Assembly (NCBI GenBank): GCA_010909165.1
Contig: VJWM01000019.1
Span: 1,240,001-1,304,000, forward strand
DNA from: Anthoceros angustus
Lineage: Eukaryota > Plantae > Anthocerotophyta
Length of the DNA: 64,000 bases
Direction of reading: 5' to 3'
Shown here: piece by piece, positions 62,773-64,000 of the stretch
Layout: every line of letters starts with the position of its first letter
Numbering within the stretch: position 1 is the stretch's first letter
Notes under the pieces: generated by a model
Database searches by the model: none
Told to the model about the DNA's origin: nothing
The model's input: only the letters and a program-made list of their open reading frames with translations
Translations under genes and position numbers: made by a program

Positions 62773-64000
62773 ATGGCTGTGCCGTTGGTAATGCGGGCTG
62801 CAGCCTGGGCGCCCGCGGGAAGGAGAGGAAAGCGCGCACCATCGATCTCGCCTGCGCTCGTGTCCTCCCTCTTCTTCCCTCCCCACCGCCTTAGCCTGCC
62901 CCTGCCCCTGCCCCTGCGGCTGGACGCACGCAGGGGTGTAGTGAGCTTGTCTGCCGATCCTGCCAGATCCGGGGCGGGCGGCCCCGGTGTGGTGAGCTCC
63001 GCGATGGCGGAGGAGCTCAGGAACCTGAGGCTGGATGACGGCAGGAAGGAGGATGCGGGGAACGGTTCTGCTGCGGATTCGGATGCGGCTCCGAGCACCA
63101 GCGGGAGCGCCGCGGGTGGCCCGGGGCCGGGGAAGAAGAAGCTGGAGGATCTGCGGTGGGAGAGCTCGTTCGTCAGCCAGCTGCCGGGGGATGTGAGGGA
63201 GGGGGGCCCCGTGCGGCAGGTGCTGCACGCGTGCTACACCAAGGTGAAGCCCTCGGCGGTGGTGAGGGATCCGAAGGTGGTGGCGTTTTCGGAGCAGTGT
63301 GCGGAGCTTTTGGATCTTGATCCGCGGGAGTTCGAGAGGGACGATGCGGCGGCCATCTGGTCCGGATCCAAGCTGCTGAGCGGGAGCGTGCCCTACGCGC
63401 AGTGCTACGGCGGGCATCAGTTCGGAATGTGGGCCGGGCAGCTGGGAGATGGCAGGGCTATCACTTTGGGAGAGGTTGTGAATGATAAGGGGGAGCGGTG
63501 GGAGTTGCAGCTGAAAGGTGCGGGGCGGACGCCTTACAGCCGGATGGCGGACGGGCTAGCTGTGCTGCGGAGTAGCGTGAGGGAGTTTCTGTGTAGTGAG
63601 GCCATGTTTTATTTAGGGATTCCGACTACCAGGGCCTTGAGCATTGTCACCACCGGTGCTGGTGTGGAGCGTGATATGTTTTACGATGGGAATCCCAAGG
63701 TGGAGCCCGGGGCGGTGGTTTGCCGGGTTGCCCCGTCCTTCTTGAGGTTTGGTTCGTTCCAGATCCACGCGGCCAGGAGGGAGGAGGACGTGGTGCTCGT
63801 CAAGACCCTGGCGGATTATGCAATCCGGCATCATTTTCCTCAGTTCGAGAGCTTGCCGACTGAGCAGCAGGTGGAGCCGGAGACTAGTGAGGAGGAGTCG
63901 GACGAGAGCCCTAGCCCGCGGGTGGATCTGACTAAGAACAAGTACGCAGCATGGTTTGCTGAGGTTGCTGGCCGGACGGCTGCTACCCTGGCGAAGTGGC
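62773..64000 (+). CDS. SELO: Protein adenylyltransferase SelO (UPF0061/YdiU), organellar; 3' truncated by the window
   Basis: Open to the window end. PYAQCYGGHQFGMWAGQLGDGRAITLGE, ELQLKGAGRTPYSRMADGLAVLRSSVREFLCSEAM, FLRFGSF. Confidence 0.95.
   Translation, partial: MAVPLVMRAAAWAPAGRRGKRAPSISPALVSSLFFPPHRLSLPLPLPLRLDARRGVVSLSADPARSGAGGPGVVSSAMAEELRNLRLDDGRKEDAGNGSAADSDAAPSTSGSAAGGPGPGKKKLEDLRWESSFVSQLPGDVREGGPVRQVLHACYTKVKPSAVVRDPKVVAFSEQCAELLDLDPREFERDDAAAIWSGSKLLSGSVPYAQCYGGHQFGMWAGQLGDGRAITLGEVVNDKGERWELQLKGAGRTPYSRMADGLAVLRSSVREFLCSEAMFYLGIPTTRALSIVTTGAGVERDMFYDGNPKVEPGAVVCRVAPSFLRFGSFQIHAARREEDVVLVKTLADYAIRHHFPQFESLPTEQQVEPETSEEESDESPSPRVDLTKNKYAAWFAEVAGRTAATLAKW

Overview
Gene-dense nuclear DNA of a non-seed land plant. 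A hornwort- or lycophyte-like source is inferred from short GT-AG introns, plant-specific families and PLS-PPR proteins with long L motifs and a WW-type PG box. Order of content: a degenerate, internally duplicated repeat region (1-6.7 kb); SHW1-like; a 7-exon gene for a membrane protein with a Zn-binding HNH-like domain resembling bacterial RHS-toxin tips; DUF1195; chloroplast AAED1; an AT-rich island with an orphan ORF and a 66-bp array; a very tight GCP5 <- PPR <- -> PPR -> FAX quartet; histone H4; a TE/satellite patch with an inverted, deletion-eroded copy of the neighbouring C2 gene; RNF113A/Cwc24; an SMP-C2 synaptotagmin-like gene; LORELEI-like; THA8-like PPR; APC2; bestrophin-like channel; CDC73; LTV1; and SelO, which runs off the end. 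Three 0.9-1.4 kb tandem duplications and repeated 1-nt deletions in homopolymers may be long-read assembly artefacts. All family assignments come from motif recognition; no database search was run.
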